NCBI GenBank assembly: GCA_024679065.1
Contig: JAGIQG010000048.1
Coordinates: forward strand, 372,001 to 436,000
Length of the DNA: 64,000 nt
DNA from: Sphyrna mokarran
Taxonomy: Eukaryota
Direction of reading: 5' to 3'
Positions within the stretch are counted from its first letter, which is position 1. Every line of letters begins with the position of its first letter. Shown here piece by piece: positions 37,055-49,080 of the stretch. The position numbers and the translations under genes are program-made. The notes under the pieces were generated by a model, which ran no database searches, had not been told where the DNA came from, and saw nothing but the letters and a program-made list of their open reading frames with translations.

Positions 37055-37369
37055 CCTGAGATGCGCTGATGTTCTGACTCTGGGTGACTCCGTCATGAGT
37101 GACCTGGCAGGTATAGACCGCTTTGCTGTACCATTCCCCAGCGAAGACTGTCAACCGACTGCTGGCCGAGAAGTTCCCGTTCACTTCACAGGGAGCAACA
37201 GTGACAATCCCTGAATCCACGTGTTGTCCATTCTTCAGCCACTTCACCGTCATTGATCCTGGCTGGAAATCAAAGATTGAACAGACCATGGTTGCTGATT
37301 TGCTGCTTGAGATTTGTTCACTGGAACTCACGGTGAGGATAACGGTTGGAGGGATATGAAGCGGAGGGC
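37055..37369 (-). CDS. IGHM: Cmu2 exon
   Basis: 315 nt; [14 protein letters not shown]...[12 protein letters not shown]...WLKNG...YTCQVTH. Confidence 0.96.
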
Positions 37370-37581
37370 CTTCAGGAAAAACAAAACATATTAGTCATTT
37401 CCTGCAGAAGATGTGGATCAATTCAACTTTTGTCTATATTACTAACGCATTTGCAGTCAATAGACACTAACCGGACCAATCCAGAGGGCCCGATTATGCA
37501 CATCTATTTAAATGAGTTATAACCAAAGCCCGACATGTTAACCACAGTGTTTCTCTTTTACACAAGCTGCACAACACTTAC

Positions 37582-37881
37582 ATGGCATTGGAACGGTCTT
37601 GGAAAAGTCAAGATGTCGAACCTCACAGCCAATATTGGGGCATTCTCCCGATGAGTCGCTGATGGTGAACTGGCTGCTCAGGGTGTAGGTTCCCTTCGTG
37701 TTTCTCACTGATGGGAAAGTCTTAAACCCAGAGTTGATGGTCTGCCCATCTTTCTTCCAGGTCAGTTTGGAGACATCTGGATTGTAATCCATCGCCAAAC
37801 AGCCGTAGGTGATGGAGCTGTCGGAGCTCTGTTGCCCACAGGAGGAGATCAGGCCGTAGACAGTGGGTGAAGATGGTGTCG
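37582..37881 (-). CDS. IGHM: Cmu1 exon
   Basis: 300 nt; ATPSSPTVYGLISSC...YGCLAMDY...WKKDG...CEVRH...PMP(C). Confidence 0.96.
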
Positions 37882-38394
37882 CTGGGAAAAAAAAATAGCC
37901 AGTTGAACAAGTTAGACTCTTATTTGTGTTTATTCAGTCAACAAACTTGTTACAACTAGGTTTCTATAGTAGATATAGCTCTTGGTGAGAAAGGGATGAA
38001 GGGATATGGGAAATAGGCATGATCAGGATGTTGATGAGCTCTGTGAATGGCAGCGTAAGCTCAAAGTGCCGAATGGCCTACTCCTGCTTCTATCTCGAAC
38101 GTTGATTGGAATTAGAGGGCCAAAGGGCCTGTACTGCACTGTAATGTTCTATGTTCCATTCTGAACTTATCCCAACATTTCTCCATTGAAACTTCCATCC
38201 ACCTTTGAGATTATGTTACTTCTTTCATTTGGGAATCGTCATCTCTGTAGGAACTCAAATCCCTGTCTCCGCCTCCATCAAATTCAGAAGGAAATAAACA
38301 TTCCAATAGTCTCTAAATGACGTCTCATTCATTGGATTAATAGAGAACAGGAAAGATTCTCTCTATTATTTGTAACCATTTGTTTCTCAAACAA

Positions 38395-38545
38395 CAGCAC
38401 TTTGTGATGAAGAAGTTCTCTTCATTCAGATCATCCACTCACCTGATGAAGGAGCTCCAACAGCTCGTGATTCCAAATAAACTTTAACCCGGTGTTGGGA
38501 GATTCCTTACTGTGTCCACACCAACCTATCACCGGCATCTCCACC
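38395..38545 (+). mobile_element. Penelope-like terminal remnant
   Basis: cacctgatgaaggagc...gctcgtgattccaaataaa...ggcatctccac. Confidence 0.65.
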
Positions 38546-38829
38546 CTAGTTTTGGAAATTGCCTGTGTTCAAACTGATTGATGTCCCTCCCTCTCTCCAA
38601 CTCACTGCCTCTCACTCCACAGAAAGATTAGTGACTTTGCTTCAAAAATACCTTTGGAATGAATACTTACTGAATGATCAGGAAATTCTAAACGTGATTA
38701 CAGATTCAAATAAATGCAACATTGAAGGATCACACGTTAATAGCAAGAGTTGCCCATTCGGGCCCTGAAGCCTCCTCCATCATTCACTGAGATTACACAT
38801 GAGCTGATTGTGGTATTTGCTCTATTTTG

Positions 38830-39700
38830 AAACCCCCCACACTCCGCCCATCCATCACCCGCTCTCTGCCCATTTTCCCCGGCTCTCTGCCTCTCGTGGT
38901 GCCTCTTTTTTCCTCCCATCCGGCTTTCTTTACTTCCACCTGGTTCTCTACACTTCCCTACTGCCCTGTGCCCTCTCCCCCGGCTCTCTGCCATTTCCCT
39001 CAGTCCCCTATGCTTTCCCTCCGCTCTCTGTCCTTGCTCCTGACCCTCTGTCTCCTTTCCCCCCCCACAACTCTGACCTTCTCCCCCTGACTCTCCTGCC
39101 CTTTCCCTCAGCTCTCTGCCTTTTCTTCTGCCTCCCTGCCCCTTTATCGTGCCCCCATTTTTCCCCCTTGTTCTCTCCCCTTTCCCTGGTCTCTCTACTC
39201 TTTCCCCTTACTCTCTGCCCTTTCCTCCGGCTGTGTGGCCTTTCCCCCGGCTCTCTGTTCCCCTTCCCCTCAGCCCCTGTCCTTGCCTGGCTCTTTGCTA
39301 TTACCCCCTGGCCCCCGAGCTCCCAGCGATTCCCTCCAGCTCTCTACTCTCCCAGGGCAGTGTAGTTTGAGTGAGGATGAGTGATTGAGGATGAGTAAGT
39401 GTGGGTGAGGGAGAGAGTGCGAGTGTAAATGACGGTGTTGAGAGTGTGGGTGAGTGGAGGTGGCTGGATGTGTGAGTGAAGGTGGGTGAGAGAGAGTTGG
39501 TGAGCAAGAATGAATGAATGAGGGAGGGAGGTTAGTGGAGGAGGCTGAGTGAATGAGGCTGAGGGAATGAACGTGACTGACTAAGTGAGGGATGAGTCAG
39601 GATATGTTATTGAGGGTGGGGAGAGTCTAAAGTGGAGAGTGGGAGAGTGAGGGAAGGTGTTTGAGTGAGGATGAGTGATTGAGGATCTTGAGTTAGGGTG
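38830..39700. repeat. Polypyrimidine (38830-39357) then polypurine low-complexity tract
   Basis: Abrupt strand-composition switch near 39357. Confidence 0.85.
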
Positions 39701-39709
39701 CATGATGTT

Positions 39710-40150
39710 ACATAGAACACTACAGCACAAACAGGCCCTTCAGCCCATAAGTTGTGCTGATCACATCTATACCTACCAGGCCATAGAACTATCTAACTCC
39801 CAATCCCATTAAATCCCACGTACTCATCCAGAAGTCTCTTAAAAGACCCCAGCGAGTTCGCCTCTACCACCACTGACGGCAGCCGATTCCATTCACTCAC
39901 CGCCCTCCGTGTGAAAAACTTACCCCTAACATCTCCTCTGTACTTGCCCCCCAGCACCTTAAACCTGTGTCCTCTCGTAGTGACCATTTCAGCCCTGGCA
40001 AATAGCCTCTGAGAATCCACTCTATCTATTCCTCTCAACATCTTATAAACCTCTATCAGGTCGCCTCTCAACCTTCGTCTCTCCAGGGAGAAGAGACCCA
40101 GCTCCCTCAACCTAAGGCATGCCCCCCAATCCAGGAACATCCTTGTAAAT
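39710..40150 (-). mobile_element. CR1 3' fragment
   Basis: ORF 39793-40302 C-terminal part. Confidence 0.9.
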
Positions 40151-40384
40151 CTAATATAGGATGGAATGTCCCATTGATGAAGCGATAGAAGATTGTTGGT
40201 CCCAGAACAGTCCCTGGCCAAACTCCTGCAGTGATATCTCAGCTGAGATGTTTGACCTCCAACAACCATTACCATCTTGCTTTGTGCTAAGAATGACTCC
40301 AAACAGAAGAATTTCCCGCTGGAACTTATCTACTTGAATATTAATCAGGCTCCTCGATCCCACTTCATTCAAATGTTGCGGGAG

Positions 40385-40680
40385 GGGGTGGGGAGGCACA
40401 GCACTGCTGCTTCACAGTTCAAATCCTGACTTGGGTCACCGTCTGTGTGGAGTTTGCAAGTTCACCCTGTGTCTGTTTGGGTTTCCTCCGGGTGCTCCTG
40501 TTTCCTCCCACAGTGCGGGGTTTAGTTGATTGGCCGCGTTAAGTTGCCCCTTGGTGTCAGAGGGAATTGTAAATACTTTACGTTACGGGGATAGGGCTTC
40601 GGTGGGATTGCTGTTGGTGCAGAATCGATGGGCTGAATGGCCCCCTTCTGCTCTAGGATCCTATGATTCTATTCTATGTT
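40385..40680 (+). mobile_element. V-SINE (HE1-like)
   Basis: gcactgctgcttcacag...gtctgtgtggagtttgca...ctatgattct tail. Confidence 0.8.
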
Positions 40681-40714
40681 ATCAAAAACTGTCACTGACG
40701 TATGTGAGATGGAA

Positions 40715-42620
40715 AGTGTGAGAGAGGGTGTGTGGGTGTAAGTGTGTGAGAGAGAGATAATGTGCGTGTTATAGTGCCTGTGTGTGATAGACCATATTGG
40801 CACACGTGAGACAGTGGGCTGTGTGTGCAAGAGGGGAGAGTGTACATGAGAGCAAGTGTGTGAGAGATGATAATGTGTGTGAGAATTAATATGTGTTTGA
40901 ACAGTTGTTTATGTCAGGGTGTCCCTTCTTGAAAGTGTGTGTGTGAGAGAGTGTGTGTGTAGAGGTGGGGAGAGTGTGCATGTGTGTGTGAGGAGGTGGG
41001 GAGAGTGTGCACGGTGGGGGGTTTGAGAGAGACAGTTCTTCAGTGTGTGATTGAGTGTGTGTTAATGTGAAATGAAGTGTGTCTATAGGAGATAAAGTCT
41101 GTCTGTGAAACAGAGTGTGTGTGCTTGAGAGGAAGGGTATGTGTGTGTTGAAGAGACTGTTGTGTGCATGAGAACTCAGTAAGAATTTAGCAACACCAAT
41201 TATTAATCCAACTGATTTATTTTATAGTAAATCCGCGAGCTTTCAACACTCTTGTGTTTGCGGATTTACTATCAAATAAATCGGTTGGATTAAAAATTGG
41301 TGTTGCTAAATTCTTACTGAGTTCTTACCACCCCAATCCAACGCCGGCATCTTTACATCGTGTTCATGAGAGACAGGGAGTACCTATTGGGAAACAAAAT
41401 AATAGTTTGATGAGTGTCTGAAAGTGTGCAAGGGATTGCACCCGAGTGAGAAAGATGTGTGCAATGTGTTCGATTGTGTGAGGCAGAGAGAGATGTTTAT
41501 TAGGTGTGAGAGAGAGAGGTTGTGTGTGGTTTATGTGTGAGTGTCAGACATATGAGTGTTTTTGTAAATGTGTGTAGGAGACAGTGGTCTGTGTGTCCAA
41601 GAAGAGAGACAGGATATGTGACAATGTGATATGTGAGAAAGAGAGAGTGTGTTTAATGAGTTATTCTTTATGTGTGAGAGAGTGTCTCTGTTCTTCAGTG
41701 TGTGTGTGTAAAGGCAGGGAGAATGTGTGTGAGAGAGAAAGTGTGAAAATTAAACAGAGTGGATGTGTGAGTGAAGTAACTGTTGTGAGAACATGTGTCT
41801 GTGATAGGTGGAGTGTTTGTGTTTACATTTGTGTCCGTGTGTGAGACGGAGAGAGTGTGTGCATGTGAGAGAGAGGCTGTTTGTGGGAGACAGTGTTTGA
41901 GAGCAAGATTGTGCATGTGTGAGATTATGTTTAAGGGAGTGAGCGTAAGAAAGAAATCTATCTTGAGAGAGAGAGAATGTATGTGTTTGTATGAGAGAGC
42001 GAGCATGTGAATGAGAGAGAGAGGAAGTGAGAATACGGAAGGGGGAATGTGAAAGAGATAGTGTGTGTGTGTGAGAGAGAGAGGGAGAATGCGTGCACGC
42101 ATCTGCTTCTGTGAGAGACAGTGTCTGCGTTTAAGAGGGCGTGTTAGAGTGTGTTTGAGAGAGAGTGTTTGTAAGAGAGCCAGTGTGCGAGGGCAAGAAT
42201 GTGTGACAGAGTGGGTGCAAGAGAGATAAATTATATGCATGGGTGTTTGTGTGTGAAAGAGAGAGACATGTGTGTGCAAGAGGAATTGTGAAAGAGCGTG
42301 TGTGAAAAAAATGAGAGACAGCTTGAACATAAATAAGAGAGTGTGGGAGAGAGAGAGCGAAAATGACTGTGTTTGTGTGAGAGTGTGTCTGTGTGTAAGG
42401 CAGAACGCGTGTGGTTGTTTGTGCGTTTCGTGTGTGGAGCATAAGACAGTGAATGAGCAAGCGAGTCTAAGTATGTATTCAGATTTGAGAGTGTGTAGAA
42501 CGAGAGAGAGAGAGAGAGCATGTGTATAGTTGTGTGTGAGAGAGACAACAAGTGTGAGTATGTATGTGTGAGAGAATATGAGTGTGTATATGTGGATATT
42601 TACGTGTGGGAGAGTGTGTA
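40715..42620. repeat. TG/AG low-complexity tract in the J-C intron
   Basis: Degenerate (TG)n/(AG)n. Confidence 0.85.
41173..41359 (+). mobile_element. Fold-back Penelope-like mini-element
   Basis: Internal inverted repeat; same family as 49957-50239; flanks tgtgcatgaga / tgttcatgaga resemble a target duplication. Confidence 0.75.
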
Positions 42621-44418
42621 AATCTCTATCTGGCTGATTCAGTCTGGAAAAGCACCCTCACTACACACACACTCACCCAGTAAGTGGGGTTGTCAAGCGA
42701 GCACAGTATGGATTGCGGGGCAAGAGTTGGAAAAACATTTACCAGTCACGATTGAATACATTCCTCTCTTCTCAAGGGGATAAACTTGTAAAATCCTCAA
42801 GAAATTTGACACAATCCAGGGTAAAGCCACCCACAAGTTTACCCGCTCCCCGCCCAGCCCTCATTCATCCTATTTGCTCTCTCCATCACTAACAAGCAGG
42901 GTGTATTATACACAACATGCACGGCAGCAACTCACCAAGGCTCCATACAATACACTGTCTAAACCTGCTGCCTTTACATCCCAATAGGACCAGGGCAGCA
43001 GCTACATATGAACACTACTACCTGCAAACTCCCCTCCATAACACACCATCCTGAGTTGGAACAAGATCTCAGTTCCTTCACAATCGCTGGGGCAAAATCC
43101 TGGAACTTCCTGTCTAACAGCAGGGCGGATGCCTGCGACATATGGACTGCAGTTATTCAAGGATGCCACACTTCGTGAAGGAAAAATTAGTGAAGGTTAA
43201 AAATCCTGGCCAAGCAAATGGCTCGAAAATGCCTTTAGAAGGTTAAAAATAAGATACAAATGAATTTGACCCTTCAACTATCCCTAAACAGTTCAGGGAC
43301 TGCTGTAGTACTGAGCACAACATAGGAAATCTCACTTTCAACTTGGTCATCGAACATTCCCAAGGCTGGTACATCACTGCTTAAAAATCATCCAATTCTC
43401 CCTCTACAATCTGAAGTTTCTGCTCCCTCTGACAATCACAATATGCTTCAGGGATCTAATTTCTGACTTGCTGAGTCTAGCAGGCACATTTCTCACAAAT
43501 ACAAGTCTATTGAAGAAATAAATAGAATTTCACTTCCTGAAATACAGCAGAAGGAACCAGAAGATTTTTTAACCAGTCGGACACATTCCTGGTCCCAACA
43601 CAGTGACCCAAGCTCAGAGAAACAGAACAAACACCAACGGTTCAGAAAGATCTCTTCAATCTGTAAATTCCATTCAAACTGTTGGATTCGAATTGATGAA
43701 TAGTCAACTTACATCAACCGAAAATCATTAACCTATTTTAAATTAAACTGATATTCATTTCAGAACTCCTCTCGACCTTTAATTATTTCTCTCTGCCTGT
43801 GTCACTTCTCAAAAACTTCATGTAAAAATGTAATTTTGCTGAAAATGAGCCAAAATAGCAGATTCAACTCAGTTCAATGTCCCCCAACACAGTAAGAATT
43901 AAACAAACTGGGAAACATTTACATTACATTAAGAAATTAGATCCAATCAACAAATTAATCAAGGCAAAACACTTTATCAAGCCGAGCAAAGAAATGGTTT
44001 GTTTTTGAATTCATTTTGGTACAATTAAATATTCTCTAAAACTGATGATATTTTGCACACTAGTGCAATATTCAAGGTCTTTTGTTTTGAATTAATCAGC
44101 ATCAATATTACATTTTAAGTTATCATTAATTGTCAATTAGTTTTCCTGCCAGCTGTTTTGTACTCGAATAAAATGAGTTTTCAATCATTCAAAACCTGCT
44201 TCTGCCCCCAACATTGTTAAATAATTAGGTTACATTAAATCTCAATGTTCAACTATAATTTCAAATTACTGAACAGAAACATTCATTTACTTAAATCTAA
44301 TCACATTGTAATATTACATTTACACTTTTCCTTCATATGTCTTAAAGGTGTTAAAAACACATACTTCTGAGTTTATATAGACTGTAACGGTCTGGCCGCT
44401 TGAAATCAATAATACTGC

Positions 44419-44503
44419 TTCCCAGATTTAATAATTTAGACCATCCATATAGTTCAGTTATAACTCAAGTTATATGGATGGTCTAAATTATTAAATCTAG
44501 GAA
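44419..44503. repeat. 33-bp inverted repeat with 19-nt spacer
   Basis: ttcccagatttaataatttagaccatccatata / tatatggatggtctaaattattaaatctaggaa (32 of 33 pair). Confidence 0.9.
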
Positions 44504-47249
44504 CACATTAATTAAAGAGGATCTGAATTAAACAGTGCAAACACAAAGAGAACAATTGATTCAAATCCTCTAATGCTAAAAACACGATGCAGAATATAAG
44601 TCTGGACCTTTTTTCATTATAATATTTAATAAGAATTAAACATAAGCTTCAGTTAGTATGAATTCTTCCATTCTGTCATTTATTCTTGCTGTAATTCTAT
44701 TTTGTGTTTAGCATTAATGGGAGACTTGTTAAGTGCCGAGCTAATATTATTTTTATGATATTTATCATACTATTTTTATATAAAATCATCTTCTTGAATT
44801 TCAAGCATTTAATTGTCACTGTAGCCAGTTTCTGCTGACATTTTACTACAATTCAAACAGAATCATGTAACAAATTTCCTTGTGTCAGCGAATTCCGTCT
44901 GTCAGAAAACTGTTCAGTCTGTCAATTTTTTATGAACTGTTTGATTCTACCTGATCAAAAGGTCAAATTGCAACAAAGAAAAAAATCATCAATAAACATT
45001 TTAAATTAACCCAATGTTCATTTTAAAATTCCCGTTGCCTTTCAACTCTCTCCCCGACTGTCTCAAATCCCAAAAACTGGGCAATTTTTTTCCTCTAAAA
45101 TGAGGACTTCAAATATAATAGATTCAGGGTAGTGTAATGTCCCTAACAGAGATACAGTGAATTGTAATTCATGTTTTAGTTTAATACGTAAGCATCAGTT
45201 AACATGAATAAAATGCCCTAACATATTTATTTTCCAATACTATTCTGCTTTTTCCCTACAAGAATATTCAAACGCAATTTTATTTTCATTTAGTCCGAAG
45301 TGCTCAGTGAGTTGATACAATGCAAAAACAATTGAGGGACGCCAAACCAATTCACAAATTGAGATGAGATAAGTAATTAATTATCTCGGTATCTAATTAA
45401 AAAATACCGAGAACGAATCGTCTGGCTGCAATTGCATAGAAAACATTATAATCGGATACAAAATTTTCCAAAAAGAAAATTATTCTGCAAAACTCGTATT
45501 CCAGTGAATGCGAATTTAATCTGGGATATAACCATTAATGCAAAGTATCTTGTTCAACTGAGCGCTGCTGTGAAAACAGCGTGTTATCATTCAAATAGCT
45601 TCTGGAATTGTCCCAAAATATTTCCTGTCTGGAAAATGCTCTGATCATGTTAATTGCATGAACACAGCAAAGCTATTAAAGGGGATTCTTGCTAACTCAA
45701 TGTAAAATAATCTGTGATGAATATGGAGTTATATTACCAATTAATGATTCTCTGATTTATATTAATTTTACTATTAAACTTGTGAATGAAAAGTTGGTAT
45801 TTACAGCAACGATTTAGTCTCCGAATGAGCGAATAAGTCATGATTTACTTGAATTTGTTAAACTTTATAAAAACGCTGTGATCTCTTCCGGGTTTTTTCC
45901 CCCAAACTTGCTTGTTTTCTCCCGACAGGGATTTTCAAACTCAAAGATTGTTTGTGTTCAACCAGAAAACATCTAAGCTCTCAACGGCACCGTTAAAACA
46001 CTATTTAAACAACGCAGCAGCAATAGTGCCACAAAACTAAACCATTTCACACATTTTAAACATTCACAGTGACCCACCCACAGAATCTCCTCCACAGAAA
46101 CACAACAAAACACAATGAATCCGTCTCATAGAAAAGCAGCCCAATTATCTATTCAACACAATCAAATGTAACATTGCAAAATAAAAATCTCAATATCGAA
46201 TCTAGCAAACCAGCTCTTAAACAATTATTAAATCAAACAGAAATCTGGAATAATAGCAATAGCATTGCGAGAATATACCCAACAAATTAGTATGGAAATT
46301 TTATCACATTTTATTCCTATTGGGTCATATTTCAAACATATTTAAACATTTGGATGGTAAAAGTTCGAGCCATCAAATGCCACCGAGATTAAACATTGCA
46401 GATACCCCCAACTGTGACAAACTATGTTCTGAACGAGTGGTGTAAGCCATTATCACTAAAGATTTTTAAAACTAGGCATACAATAAAGCCTGCTTCATTT
46501 CTGTCTGCAGTTCTGCGTCAAGCAGTGGCAAACATCAGTATGTTTGTACTCAATCACAAAACGTGTCACAATTCAGTCTCACTGAGTTCAAACGACGCAG
46601 AAACACCAAATTAAGTCACAATTTTTACGTCTTTAAAGTCACTCAGGCACAAACTCACCACTGAGAGACTGAACCCCGCTTCATGCAGAAGCAGCACAGT
46701 TCTGCAAACACTTCCAGTAGAAAGAAATGTAACATTTACAGAAATGTTTACTGTAAATTACAGCCAATTCGCCCACCACCAAACTAATCAATGTTTCCAA
46801 TAAGCAGAAATATTGGACAGCATTGAGAGAGAGGGGAACATTTTCACTGGATCAATTTAGAAATGAGATTTTGTTTTTAAGTTTAGGTTTAAATTTCAAA
46901 CACTTGTACAACCCGTAGCCACCAGATGTCACCAAGATTAAACATTGCAGAAACGCTGAATTGTTTAACAGATGTTCGGCTTTTAAAGTCACCCAGCCAC
47001 ACAATAACCTCAACAGACAAACACAAAATCACAACAATTTGGGATTGAAGCCCTCAGCAGCACCCACTGTCAAGGAAGAGCGGAATTCTAAAACCCTTTT
47101 GCAGCAGAATCATAGAAAACATTGTAAAAATTCTCAACGGAGAATCCACCGAACGCATATTTATGTTACCAAATGGATTATTAGTACGGATAAAAATTAT
47201 AAAACAAAGACACATTTAAACCAGTTATTCAATAAGTGATGGTTCTTAC

Positions 47250-47297
47250 CTGAAGTCACCGTCACCATGGTCCCTTGTCCCCAGTAATCGAAGTAGT
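47250..47297 (-). CDS. IGHJ: JH segment (YFDYWGQGTMVTVTS)
   Basis: WGxG motif; G|gtaag donor. Confidence 0.97.
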
Positions 47298-47336
47298 CAC
47301 AGTGTCACATTCCCTGGGCTGTGTCATACAATAACC
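47298..47336 (+). promoter_or_regulatory. JH 23-bp-spacer RSS
   Basis: CACAGTG-23-ACAATAACC. Confidence 0.95.
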
Positions 47337-47663
47337 GTCTCTGCACTAAATAGACACGCAAGCACCATTATTTTAAATATCCACCAACCCAAGGAAAAAC
47401 AAAGTCATTTAATGTTCAGTAAATTATAATTTGGGATTTCTGGCTACCATTTGATATTTATAAATGACCCTAATGTTTTATATTTCACAGAGTAATTCAT
47501 GAACGTGTTATCGAAAACGCCAATTAATAATTGAGTAATTATCAAGATTTTCCATGTTTATTTTTCTCAGGTGGTCTGTGCTGGATATAAATAATACTGT
47601 CCTGTGATTAAAGCTGGAATTTAAAAGTGACACTGATCCAGCTTCAATCAATCAGTGCTGAGG

Positions 47664-47732
47664 GGTTTTTGTATTGACAGTAACTGCTGTGCTATTCCAG
47701 CTATCACAGTGAGACACAGCATGACAAATACT
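47664..47732 (-). other. IGHD: DH2 segment ATAGCTGGAATAG (47692-47704) with 12/12 RSSs
   Basis: 5' RSS CACAGTG-12-ACAAATACT; 3' RSS CACAGCA-12-ACAAAAACC. Confidence 0.93.
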
Positions 47733-48024
47733 GAGACAGACTGTTCACTGTAAAATGCAGATAATTAATTTCACTGCAATTTCAAAACCCTGTTTCCAGC
47801 TCGGTAAGAGTGAGATATTTCAATTTTTACTGGTCATGATATTGATAAAGGGGAATTAGAAACTTTTACACTATCTGTGCACATTCAGCGTGCAAAACAA
47901 CAACAATAAGATTGAAGCATTTTACATCTTAAAACAAAAAACAATGCTGTTTCTACCCATTATTTTGTTGAACCCTCATTTAGTCTGGCATTCGGCAGTG
48001 GCATTGTAAGCAATGTCCTTCTGA

Positions 48025-48107
48025 GGTTTTTGTATGAGGATGTCGTTTTTCACAGCACAGTGACCCACTGCTATAGTATCACAGTGACACACAGCCATAC
48101 AAAAACT
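48025..48107 (-). other. IGHD: DH1 segment ATACTATAGCAGTGGGT (48063-48079) with 12/22 RSSs
   Basis: 5' RSS CACAGTG-12-ACAAAAACT; 3' RSS CACTGTG-22-ACAAAAACC. Confidence 0.93.
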
Positions 48108-48433
48108 GCATTCAGTCCTACTGTTCAATATTCACTTCAAATGGACCATTAGTTTTGGTCTAATGCGAAATGTTTCTATAACACAGTCTGTCAGAAATAT
48201 TAAGAAGACTAACATATTGGAGTGTCGTTCCTGCTGACACTCCAATGAATATAAAGTCGGTGAAAAGCTCAGCAGTGATATCCGTGAGTTTGTGAAGTTT
48301 TACTGTGAAATGTTTTGTGTTACTTTATTTAAAGGCGATTATAGTTTGGTTCTGACCACAGTCGATCATATTGCATTTGAAACAGACGCTGACCTTCAGG
48401 TTACGGAGGAAGATGCTGAATTCCCTCTGCAGT

Positions 48434-48472
48434 TGTCCTTGTACAGTTCCAGCCCTGGTTCCTCTCGCTGTG
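48434..48472 (-). promoter_or_regulatory. VH 23-bp-spacer RSS (non-consensus nonamer)
   Basis: CACAGCG-23-ACAAGGACA. Confidence 0.9.
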
Positions 48473-48777
48473 GTCTGTTGCACAGTAATAGATGGCGGTG
48501 TCTTCAATCCTTAGACGCGTCATGTCCAAAGAGAAGATGTTGTTTGAAGTGTCTTTGGACGCCGTAAATCGGCCCTGAATTCCGGGGGCGTACGCGTTAA
48601 TGGATGAACTATAGTAGCTAACCAGCCACTCCAGTCCCTGTCCGGGAACCTGCCAGATCCAAGCCATAGCAGAGCTGCCAAAGTTTAAGCCGCTGGTTTT
48701 ACAGGTCAGTTTCAGGGAGGCTTCGGGACGGCCGGTCTCTGCCTCTTTCTGGGTCAACACAACCTCCGACTGGACAC
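48473..48777 (-). CDS. IGHV: VH exon (IgM VH)
   Basis: tttacag|[30 protein letters not shown]...[11 protein letters not shown]...RFTASKD...[11 protein letters not shown]. Confidence 0.97.
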
Positions 48778-48902
48778 CTGTAAATAAAAAATCAAAAATT
48801 CTAAGGGTTAATCCTGGTGGAATGATTCTGGAGCATTCCAGAGATAGACTAACATTGAGACAGTGAAATGAAAGTCTTGGACAATGAAAATAAACTACTC
48901 AC

Positions 48903-48948
48903 CGGATAAGAAAGTCAGCAACAAACTGAGACAAATCGCCGACCTCAT
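48903..48948 (-). CDS. IGHV: VH leader exon (MRSAICLSLLLTFLS)
   Basis: 46 nt from ATG to G|gtgagt; hydrophobic signal peptide, phase 1. Confidence 0.93.
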
Positions 48949-49020
48949 CTTTCTGGTGATTTGGGGGCAATGGTTGTGTCAGGAACTCAGTGAACAAACC
49001 AGCTCCCGGGCTGTTGGATT

Positions 49021-49080
49021 GCGGTGCCGGTGAGCGGTATTTAAATAGCCGGTAGAAGGGGACGGCTTTCCGGGCACCGC
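49021..49080 (-). promoter_or_regulatory. VH core promoter (TATA-like TATTTAAATA 49038-49047; no proximal octamer seen)
   Basis: AT box 90 nt upstream of the ATG within a CpG-rich patch. Confidence 0.65.

Larger units (their letters stand above)
29826..48948 (-). other. IGHM: Complete germline IgM heavy-chain cluster (L-V-D1-D2-J-Cmu1-4-TM1-TM2), cartilaginous-fish organisation
   Basis: All segments, RSSs and phase-compatible splice sites found; V-D-D-J spacing ~360-390 bp; J-C intron ~9.4 kb. Confidence 0.97.

Noticed and set aside
38808-39365. 185-aa Leu/Pro/Ser ORF
   Set aside because: A by-product of the polypyrimidine tract.
48044-48071. Cryptic 12-RSS inside the D1 3' spacer
   Set aside because: No correctly oriented CAC heptamer at 12-bp spacing.
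33770-48948. IgW, IgNAR or germline-joined (IgM1gj-type) identity
   Set aside because: Four C exons with mu-type Cmu1, Cmu4 and tailpiece, a conventional VH, and all RSSs unjoined.
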